This document shows positions 1 to 8,001 of a stretch of 24,000 bases of DNA, piece after piece. How positions within the stretch are numbered: position 1 is the stretch's first letter; every line of letters begins with the position of its first letter. The notes under the pieces are model-generated. The model worked only from the letters and a program-made list of their open reading frames with translations. It was not told the origin of the DNA and searched no databases. A program made the position numbers and the translations under genes. The DNA comes from Rhodospirillaceae bacterium (GTDB lineage: Bacteria; Pseudomonadota; Alphaproteobacteria; Rhodospirillales; JABHCV01), in the NCBI GenBank assembly GCA_013204045.1, contig JABMOQ010000007.1, positions 58,817-82,816 on the forward strand, read 5' to 3'.

Positions 1-525
1 GAACGGGTGCGCCGGATCGACGGCCAGCGGCGTCAACACCGGGAACACCTGCTCCATGAAATGGCCTTCCAGCCACAACATGTCTTCGTTGGACAACTCG
101 CCCGAGCCCAGCACAGAAATGCCGGCGTCCCGCAACTCCCCCAACAGGCCCTCCAGGCATATCTGTTGATCGGCCATCAGTTGCCCGGCCGATTGATGAA
201 TGGCCTGTAACTGTTCATCGGGTGTCAGGCCATCCTGGCTGGGCGTCTTGATGCCGGCGCGTACCTGCCCCTTCAAACCGGCGACGCGGACCATATAAAA
301 TTCATCCAGATTGACCGCCGAAATCGACAGGAAGCGCAGGCGCTCCAATAGCGGATGCGCCAAATTGCGGGCTTCCTCGAGGACACGGGTGTTGAACGCC
401 AGCCATGACAGCTCGCGGTTGATGAATCGCTCACTTTTTGAGGCGTCAATCGGTCCGCCCACTGGCAAAGGTTCTACCAGTTTGGCCACCGGGGGGATAT
501 TTATACTGCCGGGTTTCTTGCTCAT
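1..525 (-). CDS. ppk: polyphosphate kinase 1, N-terminal part (gene continues past the left window edge)
   Basis: This gene is absent from the ORF track because it runs off the window. My reverse-strand translation from the ATG at 525-523 reads [91 protein letters not shown]... and stays open to position 1 (175 codons). [18 protein letters not shown] and [21 protein letters not shown] are the conserved PPK1 N-domain signature as I recall it. Confidence 0.85.
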   Translation of the reverse strand, partial: MSKKPGSINIPPVAKLVEPLPVGGPIDASKSERFINRELSWLAFNTRVLEEARNLAHPLLERLRFLSISAVNLDEFYMVRVAGLKGQVRAGIKTPSQDGLTPDEQLQAIHQSAGQLMADQQICLEGLLGELRDAGISVLGSGELSNEDMLWLEGHFMEQVFPVLTPLAVDPAHPF

Positions 526-658
526 GTGACTGATTCTACAGATAATTTATTGGAATGTCATGCTGTGCCTAATTTCGACAAATCTGGCAGAAGCCCGGCG
601 ACTTCCCGATTGAAACCCGCGATGAATACCAGGATTTAAAATAAGCATGCTGGCGAAG

Positions 659-1084
659 TCAGGCTGGCTTTGGCACAACGAGGACTTTTTCGGTGCGGTA
701 GCGTCCTTCACATTCATCAACAGATGTTTTAACGATGGCGGCCATCATCCCCAGATCATGTTTCAGCCAACGTTCTTTATAGTCATCGGGTATTTTTGCT
801 TCGGTTAATGACTCTGCAAGCAGGTTGTGACGAATCATGAAAACCTCTTCGGTAATATAAAGATGTTGATGGGCGCGCATGGGTAAGCGGCCGCAAAAAC
901 CCGCAGGTTTCTGACCGAATAAATCGGCCATGAAGTCGGTCTGTTGATCTTCCAGAACCCAACGCTCCACGCCGACAAAGAATCCTTTTAACCAGGGATG
1001 GGAAAGCAACTTGTCATAAAGAATTTTGTGCACCCGCTTGATGCAGTCTTTACCTCCAATTTCATCAATAAATGACAGCGGCAT
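659..1084 (-). CDS. truncated (2-on-2) hemoglobin-like globin
   Basis: The 141-aa ORF shows the trHb pattern: IGG near the N-terminus, V..ILYDKLL.HP.L..FF, Q.DF....G, and M..AH..L.IT...F followed by L..SL.EA.IP. AGGAG lies about 9 nt upstream of the ATG. It is the last gene of a same-strand cluster with the reductase and the CDGSH protein. Confidence 0.6.
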   Translation of the reverse strand: MPLSFIDEIGGKDCIKRVHKILYDKLLSHPWLKGFFVGVERWVLEDQQTDFMADLFGQKPAGFCGRLPMRAHQHLYITEEVFMIRHNLLAESLTEAKIPDDYKERWLKHDLGMMAAIVKTSVDECEGRYRTEKVLVVPKPA

Positions 1085-1115
1085 GCGACAATTCTCCTAA
1101 AGAAATCAGACTGCC

Positions 1116-2105
1116 CTAAGACCTGGGCTGTTTACGCAAATCTTTGAGCTCATACGGATCCGTATATATATCTACCACCTCGGCGCTTGCCGCCAATGCC
1201 CGGTCTTTGGCGCTGTTTACCATCGGCGGATACCCGCACAAAAATACGCGCCAGTCTTTCAAATCCGGCAGGTCGGAAAACGCAACGTCGTCCGCCCTGC
1301 CTTTACGGTATCCTTCAGGCTCGGCCTGGCGCGAAACACAGGGAATATAATGGAAATTATCATGGGCCGCTTGCAGGGCGCGCAGCGTGTCGCCCAGATA
1401 AAGCCCGGCCACTGTCTGGCTGCCGTGGTAGAGACGGACCCGTGCCGTATGTCCCGAAAAAAGCGCATCCCTTGCAATACCAATAAGTGGTGCAAGGCCG
1501 GTACCATTACCGATGAGAAGCATATTTTGATCGGCGCGGCCCGGTTGATAAAAACAATTACCCATTGGACCTTGCACACCCAGATGATCCCCTGGCTTCA
1601 GGTCATCCATGATCCAATTGCTCATCTGGCCTCGTTCAAGGCGCTTAATATGAAATTCAAGACGGCTATCCATTTTTGGCACACTGGCCAGTGAATAGCT
1701 GCGGGCCAACCCATCTTCGCGGCGCAAATTCATGAATTGGCCGGCGCGGTAATAGAGGGGGGTCGTCGGTTCCAGGAAAACCCGGCAGATATCTTGCTGC
1801 AGATATTCAATGTCCTGCACCACAGTCGGGCCGAACAAATCCTGCTGGTCTATATTGACGACGCGCATATCCGATGTTGGCTGGCATACACAAGGCAGGA
1901 AATGTCCCTGGGCCGCCATGGATTCCCGCAAACCATCCTGGGCGAGCGCTGGCACGTCGCCTTCCTCCACCCGCATGACGCAGGTTACGCAAACCCCCAT
2001 CTTGCAGGAATACGGGACGTCCTGCCCATTTTCGAGCAACACTTCAAGGACCGTTTGGCCGGCCCTGCAAGGAAAGACGCGGTTATAAAAGTGTAAGCTG
2101 ACCAT
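1116..2105 (-). CDS. 2Fe-2S ferredoxin / FNR-family NAD(P)H oxidoreductase fusion (reductase component)
   Basis: The N-terminus has a plant-type ferredoxin cysteine motif (SCKMGVCVTCV...PCVC). It is followed by the FAD-binding RSYSLAS motif and the NAD(P)-binding LIGNGTGLAPL motif. The ORF is 329 aa. Confidence 0.85.
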   Translation of the reverse strand: MVSLHFYNRVFPCRAGQTVLEVLLENGQDVPYSCKMGVCVTCVMRVEEGDVPALAQDGLRESMAAQGHFLPCVCQPTSDMRVVNIDQQDLFGPTVVQDIEYLQQDICRVFLEPTTPLYYRAGQFMNLRREDGLARSYSLASVPKMDSRLEFHIKRLERGQMSNWIMDDLKPGDHLGVQGPMGNCFYQPGRADQNMLLIGNGTGLAPLIGIARDALFSGHTARVRLYHGSQTVAGLYLGDTLRALQAAHDNFHYIPCVSRQAEPEGYRKGRADDVAFSDLPDLKDWRVFLCGYPPMVNSAKDRALAASAEVVDIYTDPYELKDLRKQPRS

Positions 2106-2123
2106 AATGGCGGATTGCAGGAT

Positions 2124-2369
2124 TTACAGGCTGTTATGGGTGCTGTCGCAAATGGCGCCGCGCTTGCTGGCCTTGCAGCCACAAAAGGATACCCTTTTGG
2201 TCGCTTCCGCCGTGTAGAGCACGGGTTTAATGCCGGTGCCTTCGTGGGAACCATCGCAAAAAGGCTGCGTCTTGCTGCGACCACAGGCACACCAATTATA
2301 GGTTTTGCCTTCTTCTACTTCCTCAAAATAGGGGAAGGGTTGGGCTACTACAGGATCGGTCATTGACAA
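2124..2369 (-). CDS. CDGSH iron-sulfur domain protein (two CDGSH-type motifs)
   Basis: The 81-aa ORF contains CACGRSKTQPFCDGSH and a second, degenerate copy, CGCKASKRGAICDSTH. An alternative ATG lies two codons in (2363). Confidence 0.85.
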   Translation of the reverse strand: MSMTDPVVAQPFPYFEEVEEGKTYNWCACGRSKTQPFCDGSHEGTGIKPVLYTAEATKRVSFCGCKASKRGAICDSTHNSL

Positions 2370-2738
2370 AACTCCATGTTTGAATGGTCAAAATACAAGT
2401 GTCGTCTGGTTGGCAAAAGAATAGAATCTATAAAGGTTTTCAAAGCATTAATGGACGATACGGGGAGCAGTAAAAATCGACAAAATCTAACTTGGGGGGT
2501 GGCCAGTCCACCTACAAGGTATGAATTAAGCAGCCCATGGAAATTCTGCCATCTGCGGTCTTTAAATGCCCGCCTTCCGCTCAAGAGCGGCCATCGTCAC
2601 CCGTTCCCGAAATTGGGTGAAATTCTATCCTCCCCGCAAAATTTTCCGGTTAAGGGCGAAATAAACCTTGAATTGGTGATGGATTCTACAATCTGACAAC
2701 TAGATGGAAATTCTTTTCTTCATTTCAAGGAGGTCTCG

Positions 2739-4241
2739 ATGCTCAAGAAAAGTCCCGTTGATGCTAAAATGTTTCAGCAAATGGTCGACAACATCCCGGT
2801 CAACGTCATGATCTGTGACCTCAAGGATTTCCGCATCACCTATATGAACCGGACCAGCCTGGACACCCTGCGCACCATTGAAAAGTTGCTACCGTGCCGG
2901 GCCGACGAAATGCTGGGTCAGTGCATCGATATTTTCCATAAAGCCCCCGAGCATCAGCGCCGCCTGCTGGCCGATCCCAGAAACCTGCCGTTCCAGTCCA
3001 ATATCAAGCTGGGTGATGAAACCCTTGATCTGCTGGTTACCGCCATTACCGACAGTGGCGGCAAGTATATTGCACCGATGCTGACGTGGAGCGTCATCAC
3101 CGACAAGATCAAGGCCGAAGAAGCAACCAACCGCCAGGAGCAAATGCTCGATCAGATGCCCATCAACGTCATGTTCCTGGAGCCGGAAAACTTCAACATC
3201 ACCTACGTCAACAAGACCAGTACTGATACCCTGAGGCCCCTGGAATCCCTGCTCCCCTGCAAAGTCGATAATCTGGTTGGCCAATGTGTCGATATCTTCC
3301 ATAAACACCCGGCCCATCAACGTGGTATTCTGTCGGACCCGGCAAATCTGCCCCATAACGCCAAGATCATGCTCGGTGAAGAAACCCTTGATCTGAGAGT
3401 CAACGCCATCAACAGCAAGGAAGGCAAATACATCGGCGCCATGCTGTCATGGTCGGTGGTTACCAGGCAGGTTAACATGGCCAATAACTTCGAGGCCAAT
3501 ATCAAGGGCGTCGTTAATTCTGTTTCGGCGGCCTCGACCCAGATGCAATCAACTGCCGAATCCATGGCCGCCACGGCCGAAGAAACCAACAATCAGGCTT
3601 CGGCCGTTGCCGCCGCGTCGGAACAGTTGGGCGCGTCGGTCAATGAAATCTCGCAACAGGTCAGCCGTTCGTCGACCATTGCCGCCACGGCCGTTGAAGA
3701 GGCCGACCGTTCCGACAAGATGATCCAGGGGTTGGCCGAAGCCGCCCAGCGGATCGGAGAGGTCGTCGGCTTGATCACCGACATCGCATCACAGACCAAC
3801 CTGCTGGCGCTTAACGCGACCATCGAGGCCGCCCGCGCCGGTGATGCCGGCAAGGGCTTCGCCGTGGTGGCAAGTGAAGTTAAAAACCTTGCCAGCCAAA
3901 CCGCCAAGGCGACGGACGAAATTTCCGGGCAGATCAACGCCATCCAGGGGGCAACGTCTGATGCGGTTTCTGCCATTCAGGGAATTTCCAAGACCATCAA
4001 TGAAATCAGCGAGATTTCAACCGCCATATCGGCGTCGGTCGAGGAACAAAGCGCGGCGACCCAGGAAGTGACCGGCAACATCACCGGCGTCACCACCGCA
4101 TCCGGCGAAACCGGGCAGGCCGCCAATCAGGTTCTGGAAGCGGCACGCGAACTGTCACAACAGGCTGAGCATCTGGGCGTACAGGTCGATGACTTCCTGG
4201 TCGAAATTCGCGAAGAGGGCGACTCCTCAAAAAAAAAGTAG
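2739..4241 (+). CDS. soluble methyl-accepting chemotaxis protein with two tandem PAS domains (Aer2-like PAS, no TM or HAMP region seen)
   Basis: AGGAGG lies upstream of the ATG. Two paralogous PAS modules share I/VDIFHK.P.HQR..L.DP.NLP.......LG.ETLDL.V.AI....GKYI..ML.WSV.T. The canonical MCP signalling hairpin [34 protein letters not shown] follows. No hydrophobic segment is present. The protein ends ...EEGDSSKKK*. Confidence 0.95.
   Translation: MLKKSPVDAKMFQQMVDNIPVNVMICDLKDFRITYMNRTSLDTLRTIEKLLPCRADEMLGQCIDIFHKAPEHQRRLLADPRNLPFQSNIKLGDETLDLLVTAITDSGGKYIAPMLTWSVITDKIKAEEATNRQEQMLDQMPINVMFLEPENFNITYVNKTSTDTLRPLESLLPCKVDNLVGQCVDIFHKHPAHQRGILSDPANLPHNAKIMLGEETLDLRVNAINSKEGKYIGAMLSWSVVTRQVNMANNFEANIKGVVNSVSAASTQMQSTAESMAATAEETNNQASAVAAASEQLGASVNEISQQVSRSSTIAATAVEEADRSDKMIQGLAEAAQRIGEVVGLITDIASQTNLLALNATIEAARAGDAGKGFAVVASEVKNLASQTAKATDEISGQINAIQGATSDAVSAIQGISKTINEISEISTAISASVEEQSAATQEVTGNITGVTTASGETGQAANQVLEAARELSQQAEHLGVQVDDFLVEIREEGDSSKKK
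4229..4238 (+). other. A9 homopolymer forming an in-frame A_AAA_AAG slippery heptamer directly before the MCP stop codon (candidate -1 recoding or transcriptional slippage site)
   Basis: Sequence 4227-4241 reads tca aaa aaa aag tag in the MCP frame. A_AAA_AAG (4232-4238) is the dnaX-type -1 frameshift heptamer. A GAGGG SD-like element lies at 4215-4219, 12 nt upstream. The presence of the motif is certain; its function is inference. Confidence 0.45.
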
Positions 4242-4750
4242 ATAAACCGGCCCCCGGGCCAACCGCGGGCGGTGACAAAGTTGTCACCGCTTCCGCGCCG
4301 CCCCCCAAACCCGCGCCGACCGCGACCAGCAGCGACGGACCATTCTCGGGCCGCCAGATCGAGGTTGTCAAAGGCACCTTTGCCAAGGTCCTTCCGATTG
4401 CCGATCAGGCTGCCGAACTTTTCTACAACAAGCTGTTCGAACTTGATCCCAATCTGCGTCCCTTGTTCAAAGGTGATATGACCGAACAGGGCCGCAAATT
4501 GATGACCATGATCAAGACTACCGTTAACGGCCTGGACAAGCTCGACACCATCCTTCCGGCGGTCGAGAGCCTGGGCAAACGCCATGGCGGTTACGGGGCC
4601 AAGGACGGCGACTACGATACCGTCGGTACGGCCCTGCTGTGGACATTGGGACAGGGGCTTGGAGCCGATTTCACCCCCGAAGCCGAAGACGCCTGGACCA
4701 GCGTCTACGGCACCATAGCGGCAACCATGAAGTATGCGGCAAAGGCCTGA
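4238..4750 (+). CDS. Pro/Ala-rich linker plus VHb/flavohemoglobin-type globin domain; this ORF has no start codon of its own and lies in the -1 frame relative to the MCP gene
   Basis: This frame is open from 4193 to the TGA at 4748-4750. My translation from 4238 reads [93 protein letters not shown]...[59 protein letters not shown]. It has B10 Tyr, E7 Gln, the proximal His in KRH, and the RPLF / LPAV / Y..VG..LL / DAW...Y pattern of VHb-like globins. No ATG, GTG or TTG occurs in frame before the TTG at 4463, which would remove helices A to C. Confidence 0.7.
   Translation, partial: VDKPAPGPTAGGDKVVTASAPPPKPAPTATSSDGPFSGRQIEVVKGTFAKVLPIADQAAELFYNKLFELDPNLRPLFKGDMTEQGRKLMTMIKTTVNGLDKLDTILPAVESLGKRHGGYGAKDGDYDTVGTALLWTLGQGLGADFTPEAEDAWTSVYGTIAATMKYAAKA
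4269..4290 (+). other. perfect 9-bp hairpin (GCGGTGACA-aagt-TGTCACCGC) inside the linker-coding region
   Basis: I checked the inverted repeat base by base. No U-tract follows it. It starts 30 nt after the slippery heptamer. Confidence 0.4.
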
Positions 4751-4888
4751 CCGCGGTCAGTTAAGCGGCACGATCTGGATATCCTTGGCGGCGGCGTAAT
4801 CGATGTGTTCGCCGTCGCCGGTAAGGTCAACGATCAGCCGTCCTGATGGGTGTTGAAAAAATTCCAGACGAAGCACACCGCTTGCTTA

Positions 4889-5668
4889 TCAAAATGTGCC
4901 CGGAAATCCGCCGCCATCGATCAGCAAATTCTGGCCGGTAATATACCCCGCCTGAGCTGAACAAATGAAGGCACATAGCTCGCCGAATTCAGACGGATCA
5001 CCGAAACGTCCGGCAGGATTTGACGCCATACGTTCGCTCCGCATGGCATCGATGCTTTTCCCCGCCGCCTTGGCCGATACTTCCAGGTTGGCGTTCAATC
5101 TATCCGTATCGAACGGTCCCGGCAGGATGTTGTTAATGGTGACATTATCACGCACCGTCTTGCGGGAAATTCCGGCAATGAACCCGGTCAGTCCGGACCT
5201 GGCCCCGTTGGAAAGCCCCAGAATATCGATCGGCGCCTTGACCGCACTCGACGTAATATTGACGATGCGCCCAAACTTGCGTTTCTGCATGCCGTCGACA
5301 GTCGCCTTGATCATAAAAATTGCGCTCAGCATGTTGGCATCGATGGCGGCGATCCAGTCGTCCCGATCCCAGTCGTGAAAATCGCCGGGCGGTGGGCCGC
5401 CGGCATTATTGATCAGAATGTCCGGCGACGAACACCGGGCCAGCACGGCGGCGCGGCCGTCTTCGGATGCGATGTCGGCGGCAACGGTGGTCACCGTCGC
5501 CCCCGTCTGCCTGCGGATATCCTCGGCCGTGGCCTCAAGCGTATCGGAAGTCCGCGCGACGATGGTCACCTCGGCCCCTTCGCGGGCCAGCGACATGGCG
5601 CATGCCCTTCCCAGACCCTTGCTGGCGGCGCATACAAGTGCCCTCTTACCGGCTATTCCCAAATCCAT
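4889..5668 (-). CDS. SDR-family oxidoreductase (3-oxoacyl-ACP reductase-like)
   Basis: The ORF has the N-terminal Rossmann motif GKRALVCAASKGLGRA, NNAG, and an SDR-like overall length of 259 aa. Confidence 0.9.
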   Translation of the reverse strand: MDLGIAGKRALVCAASKGLGRACAMSLAREGAEVTIVARTSDTLEATAEDIRRQTGATVTTVAADIASEDGRAAVLARCSSPDILINNAGGPPPGDFHDWDRDDWIAAIDANMLSAIFMIKATVDGMQKRKFGRIVNITSSAVKAPIDILGLSNGARSGLTGFIAGISRKTVRDNVTINNILPGPFDTDRLNANLEVSAKAAGKSIDAMRSERMASNPAGRFGDPSEFGELCAFICSAQAGYITGQNLLIDGGGFPGTF

Positions 5669-5671
5669 GAC

Positions 5672-6367
5672 TCAATCCTTCTCCAGAGTTTCCAGCACCC
5701 TGCGCAGCAACGGCACGGTGATATTCTTTTTTTCGGCCAGCGCCATCCGGTCGGCAGCCTCGACCAGTTGCCGAACCGCATCAAACGAGCGCTCCATGCG
5801 GGGCTGCACATAGGCGAGCACCTCATCATCGACCGCCAGTTGTCGATCGGCAAACTGCTTGACCAGAACGGCGGCGATCAAGGCATCGTCGGGCGCGCCA
5901 ATTTCGACCACGGCAGACGCCTTCAACCGCGAGGCCAGGTCGGCCAGCTTGATCGGCCACCGCGATGGCGGCGTTTTAGCGGTAACGAGCAGCCGCCGGC
6001 CACTTTCTCGGGCCGAGTTGTAAAGATGAAACAGGGCCTCCTCAAGCTTGCCGTTGCCGTCGCCGACAAAATTATCCATGTCATCAATCACCCATGCCGA
6101 GGCGTCACGCCCAGCCACTTCCAGGGGCGGCGCCATCAGGGCGGCACGATCAAGGACGGCGCCGCCGCTAAGGCCTAAAAAAACCTGCGCCAGATGGCTT
6201 TTGCCGCAGCCCGGTGGTCCGGCGACGACCACAACCGGCGACGGCCAGTCGGGCCAACGGTCAATCCAGGCAATCGCCGCGTCATTGCACGGCGCGACAA
6301 GGAAGTCTTCGCCGCCGAGAGCCGGACGATGATCAAATTCAAGGACGAGTTGCGAAGGCGCTTTCAA
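5672..6367 (-). CDS. hdaA: DnaA-related regulatory inactivator HdaA
   Basis: The 231-aa ORF starts QLVLEFDHRPALGGEDFLVAPCN..A..WIDRWPDWP, has the Walker A motif GPPGCGKSHLAQ, and has a DnaA domain III-like remainder. This layout is typical of alphaproteobacterial HdaA. Confidence 0.8.
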   Translation of the reverse strand: MKAPSQLVLEFDHRPALGGEDFLVAPCNDAAIAWIDRWPDWPSPVVVVAGPPGCGKSHLAQVFLGLSGGAVLDRAALMAPPLEVAGRDASAWVIDDMDNFVGDGNGKLEEALFHLYNSARESGRRLLVTAKTPPSRWPIKLADLASRLKASAVVEIGAPDDALIAAVLVKQFADRQLAVDDEVLAYVQPRMERSFDAVRQLVEAADRMALAEKKNITVPLLRRVLETLEKD

Positions 6368-6373
6368 AGTTTG

Positions 6374-7459
6374 TCAGCTGCCCTCGCCACCATAAAGGGG
6401 GCTTTCCAGATAGCGAGCCGTTGCGAAACGCACCAGAACGCCGATCACGGCGGTCACCGGAACCGCCAGCAATACACCGGTGAAACCGAACAGGGCGCCG
6501 CCGGCGAGAAGTGCAAAGACAATCCATACCGGATGCAACCCGACCCGGTCGCCAACCAGCTTGGGCGTCAGGAAATAACTTTCGGCCGTCTGACCGACGA
6601 AGAAGATGGCGGCGACGATGATCACGCTTGTGGTTTCGGGGAACTGGAATAACGCGATGCCGACCCCGGTCAGCATACCGATGCCGGCACCAACATATGG
6701 CACGAACGAAATAATCCCGGTGCCAAGCCCGACCAACAGGCCGAAATCCAGCCCGATAATGGTCAGGCCTGTCGCATAGAAAATGCCAAGGACAAAACAG
6801 ACACTGGCCTGACCGCGCACGAATGCGGCCAGGGTTGCATCAATGGCGGTCGCTTGTTCACGAATGGTCACGGCCGAGCGCCGCGGCAGCAACCCGTCAA
6901 AGTGGGCTACAATGCGGTCCCAATCGCGCAACAGATAAAATGCGACCAGCGGCGTGATGATCAGCAGCGACAGCAGATTAAAGAACGCCAGTCCGCCACT
7001 CCAGACATCCTGAAGCAACCCGCCGAGCCAGCCGAGGGCGTTGCCGGCATATGATCCTGCGGTCCCCTTAAGGTCTGATATCTGGCCACTGGAAAGACGT
7101 TCATTGAGAGTTTCAAGCAATGGTGCCGACTGTTCCCGGGCCGCATCTATCAGCTCTGGAATGTGGGCGATCAGCCCGACCACCTGGCCCTGCAACAACG
7201 GATAGATCAGTACCAGCAGGGCACCGGCAAGGGCCAGGAACCCGGCGATGACGACGGCAGCCGCCAACCCTCGCGAGACACCGGCTTTTTCCAGCCTGTC
7301 GGCGACCGGATCGAAGAAATAGGCGACCGCCAACCCGGCCACGAACGGCACCAACACACCGCTGAGCACGTAAAGCAGCAGGCCAAAGACGGCCAGCCCA
7401 AGAATCCAGAACAAGGCTCTTTTTTCCATACTGATTGATGGCCCTATCCGGTCGTTCAT
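6374..7459 (-). CDS. AI-2E family (PerM/YhhT-like) transporter
   Basis: The 361-aa ORF is a polytopic membrane protein. Its C-terminal motif region (ISFVPYVGAGIG...FFVGQ..E.Y.LTPKLVG....LHPV.I.FALL.GG.LFG..G..LA.P) is typical of the family. Confidence 0.85.
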   Translation of the reverse strand: MNDRIGPSISMEKRALFWILGLAVFGLLLYVLSGVLVPFVAGLAVAYFFDPVADRLEKAGVSRGLAAAVVIAGFLALAGALLVLIYPLLQGQVVGLIAHIPELIDAAREQSAPLLETLNERLSSGQISDLKGTAGSYAGNALGWLGGLLQDVWSGGLAFFNLLSLLIITPLVAFYLLRDWDRIVAHFDGLLPRRSAVTIREQATAIDATLAAFVRGQASVCFVLGIFYATGLTIIGLDFGLLVGLGTGIISFVPYVGAGIGMLTGVGIALFQFPETTSVIIVAAIFFVGQTAESYFLTPKLVGDRVGLHPVWIVFALLAGGALFGFTGVLLAVPVTAVIGVLVRFATARYLESPLYGGEGS

Positions 7460-8001
7460 TCCTTGTCCTCCATAGCGGTCGCTTTATTGGTCCATTTAAT
7501 GACGTAGAATGTACCCGATAGGAGCGTCGTTACGGCAACAATGACCACCATCATGTCCAAGAATACGCCCATGTCCACGTTAAATCCAAGGCCACCCAAA
7601 ACCAGAGCCGCCAGGACAATCTGTGCGAATGTATTGATCTTGCTGATTAACAACGGCTCCATGGACAATGACAGGGTTACCGTCTGAAACACCAGGGCGC
7701 CACCGATAATCAGGGCATCGCGGAAAACCACCAGAATAACCAGCCAACTGGCCAAATGCTCGCCAAGGCCGAGAGCAATGTAAATACATACCAGCAGCGC
7801 CTTGTCGGCCAACGGATCCAGATAGCGGCCGAGTTCGGTTTCCATATCAAACCGCTTGGCAATATATCCATCGATGGCATCGCTGACCCCGGCGGCCATG
7901 AACAGCCAGAATGCCGCCAGCATCCGGTCATTGAGTATCAACCAAACGGTTACGGGGACCGCCGCCATTCTGGCGATACTGATAAAATTAGGGATATTCA
8001 C
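7456..8001 (-). CDS. pgsA: CDP-alcohol phosphatidyltransferase (phosphatidylglycerophosphate synthase-like)
   Basis: The ORF has NIPNFISIARM and the CDP-alcohol motif DAIDGYIAKRFDMETELGRYLDPLADK. The ORF track starts it at 8031. I prefer the GTG at 8001-7999 because it forms a GTGA overlap with the upstream gene's stop codon (8000-7998). Confidence 0.85.
   Translation of the reverse strand: MNIPNFISIARMAAVPVTVWLILNDRMLAAFWLFMAAGVSDAIDGYIAKRFDMETELGRYLDPLADKALLVCIYIALGLGEHLASWLVILVVFRDALIIGGALVFQTVTLSLSMEPLLISKINTFAQIVLAALVLGGLGFNVDMGVFLDMMVVIVAVTTLLSGTFYVIKWTNKATAMEDKE

Noticed and set aside
7-529. Plus-strand ORFs 7..210 and 311..529
   Set aside because: They are Arg/Gln/His-rich shadow frames antisense to the well-supported ppk N-terminus.
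2379-2392. TTTGA-atgg-TCAAA palindrome considered as an FNR/CRP-family box
   Set aside because: The TTGA/TCAA half-sites are separated by 4 nt rather than the 6 nt of the TTGAT-N4-ATCAA consensus. I keep it only as an unexplained palindrome.
2360-2696. ORFs 2360..2584 (-) and 2376..2696 (+) in the divergent intergenic region
   Set aside because: They have no SD and an odd composition. They overlap each other and the CDGSH start, so this is more likely promoter or leader DNA.
4269-4290. 9-bp perfect hairpin considered as the MCP terminator or the frameshift stimulator
   Set aside because: No U-tract follows it, so it is not a canonical intrinsic terminator. It starts 30 nt after the heptamer, which is further than classical -1 PRF stimulators. 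Its role is left open.
4757-4876. 39-aa minus-strand mini-ORF (GTG start; MLRLEFFQHPSGRLIVDLTGDGEHIDYAAAKDIQIVPLN) just downstream of the SDR gene
   Set aside because: It has no SD and is very short. I cannot tell it from a chance open frame in GC-rich DNA without homology evidence.
5375-6178. 267-aa plus-strand ORF spanning the SDR/hdaA junction
   Set aside because: It is antisense to two recognised genes, has an Arg/Gly-rich composition and has no domain signature.
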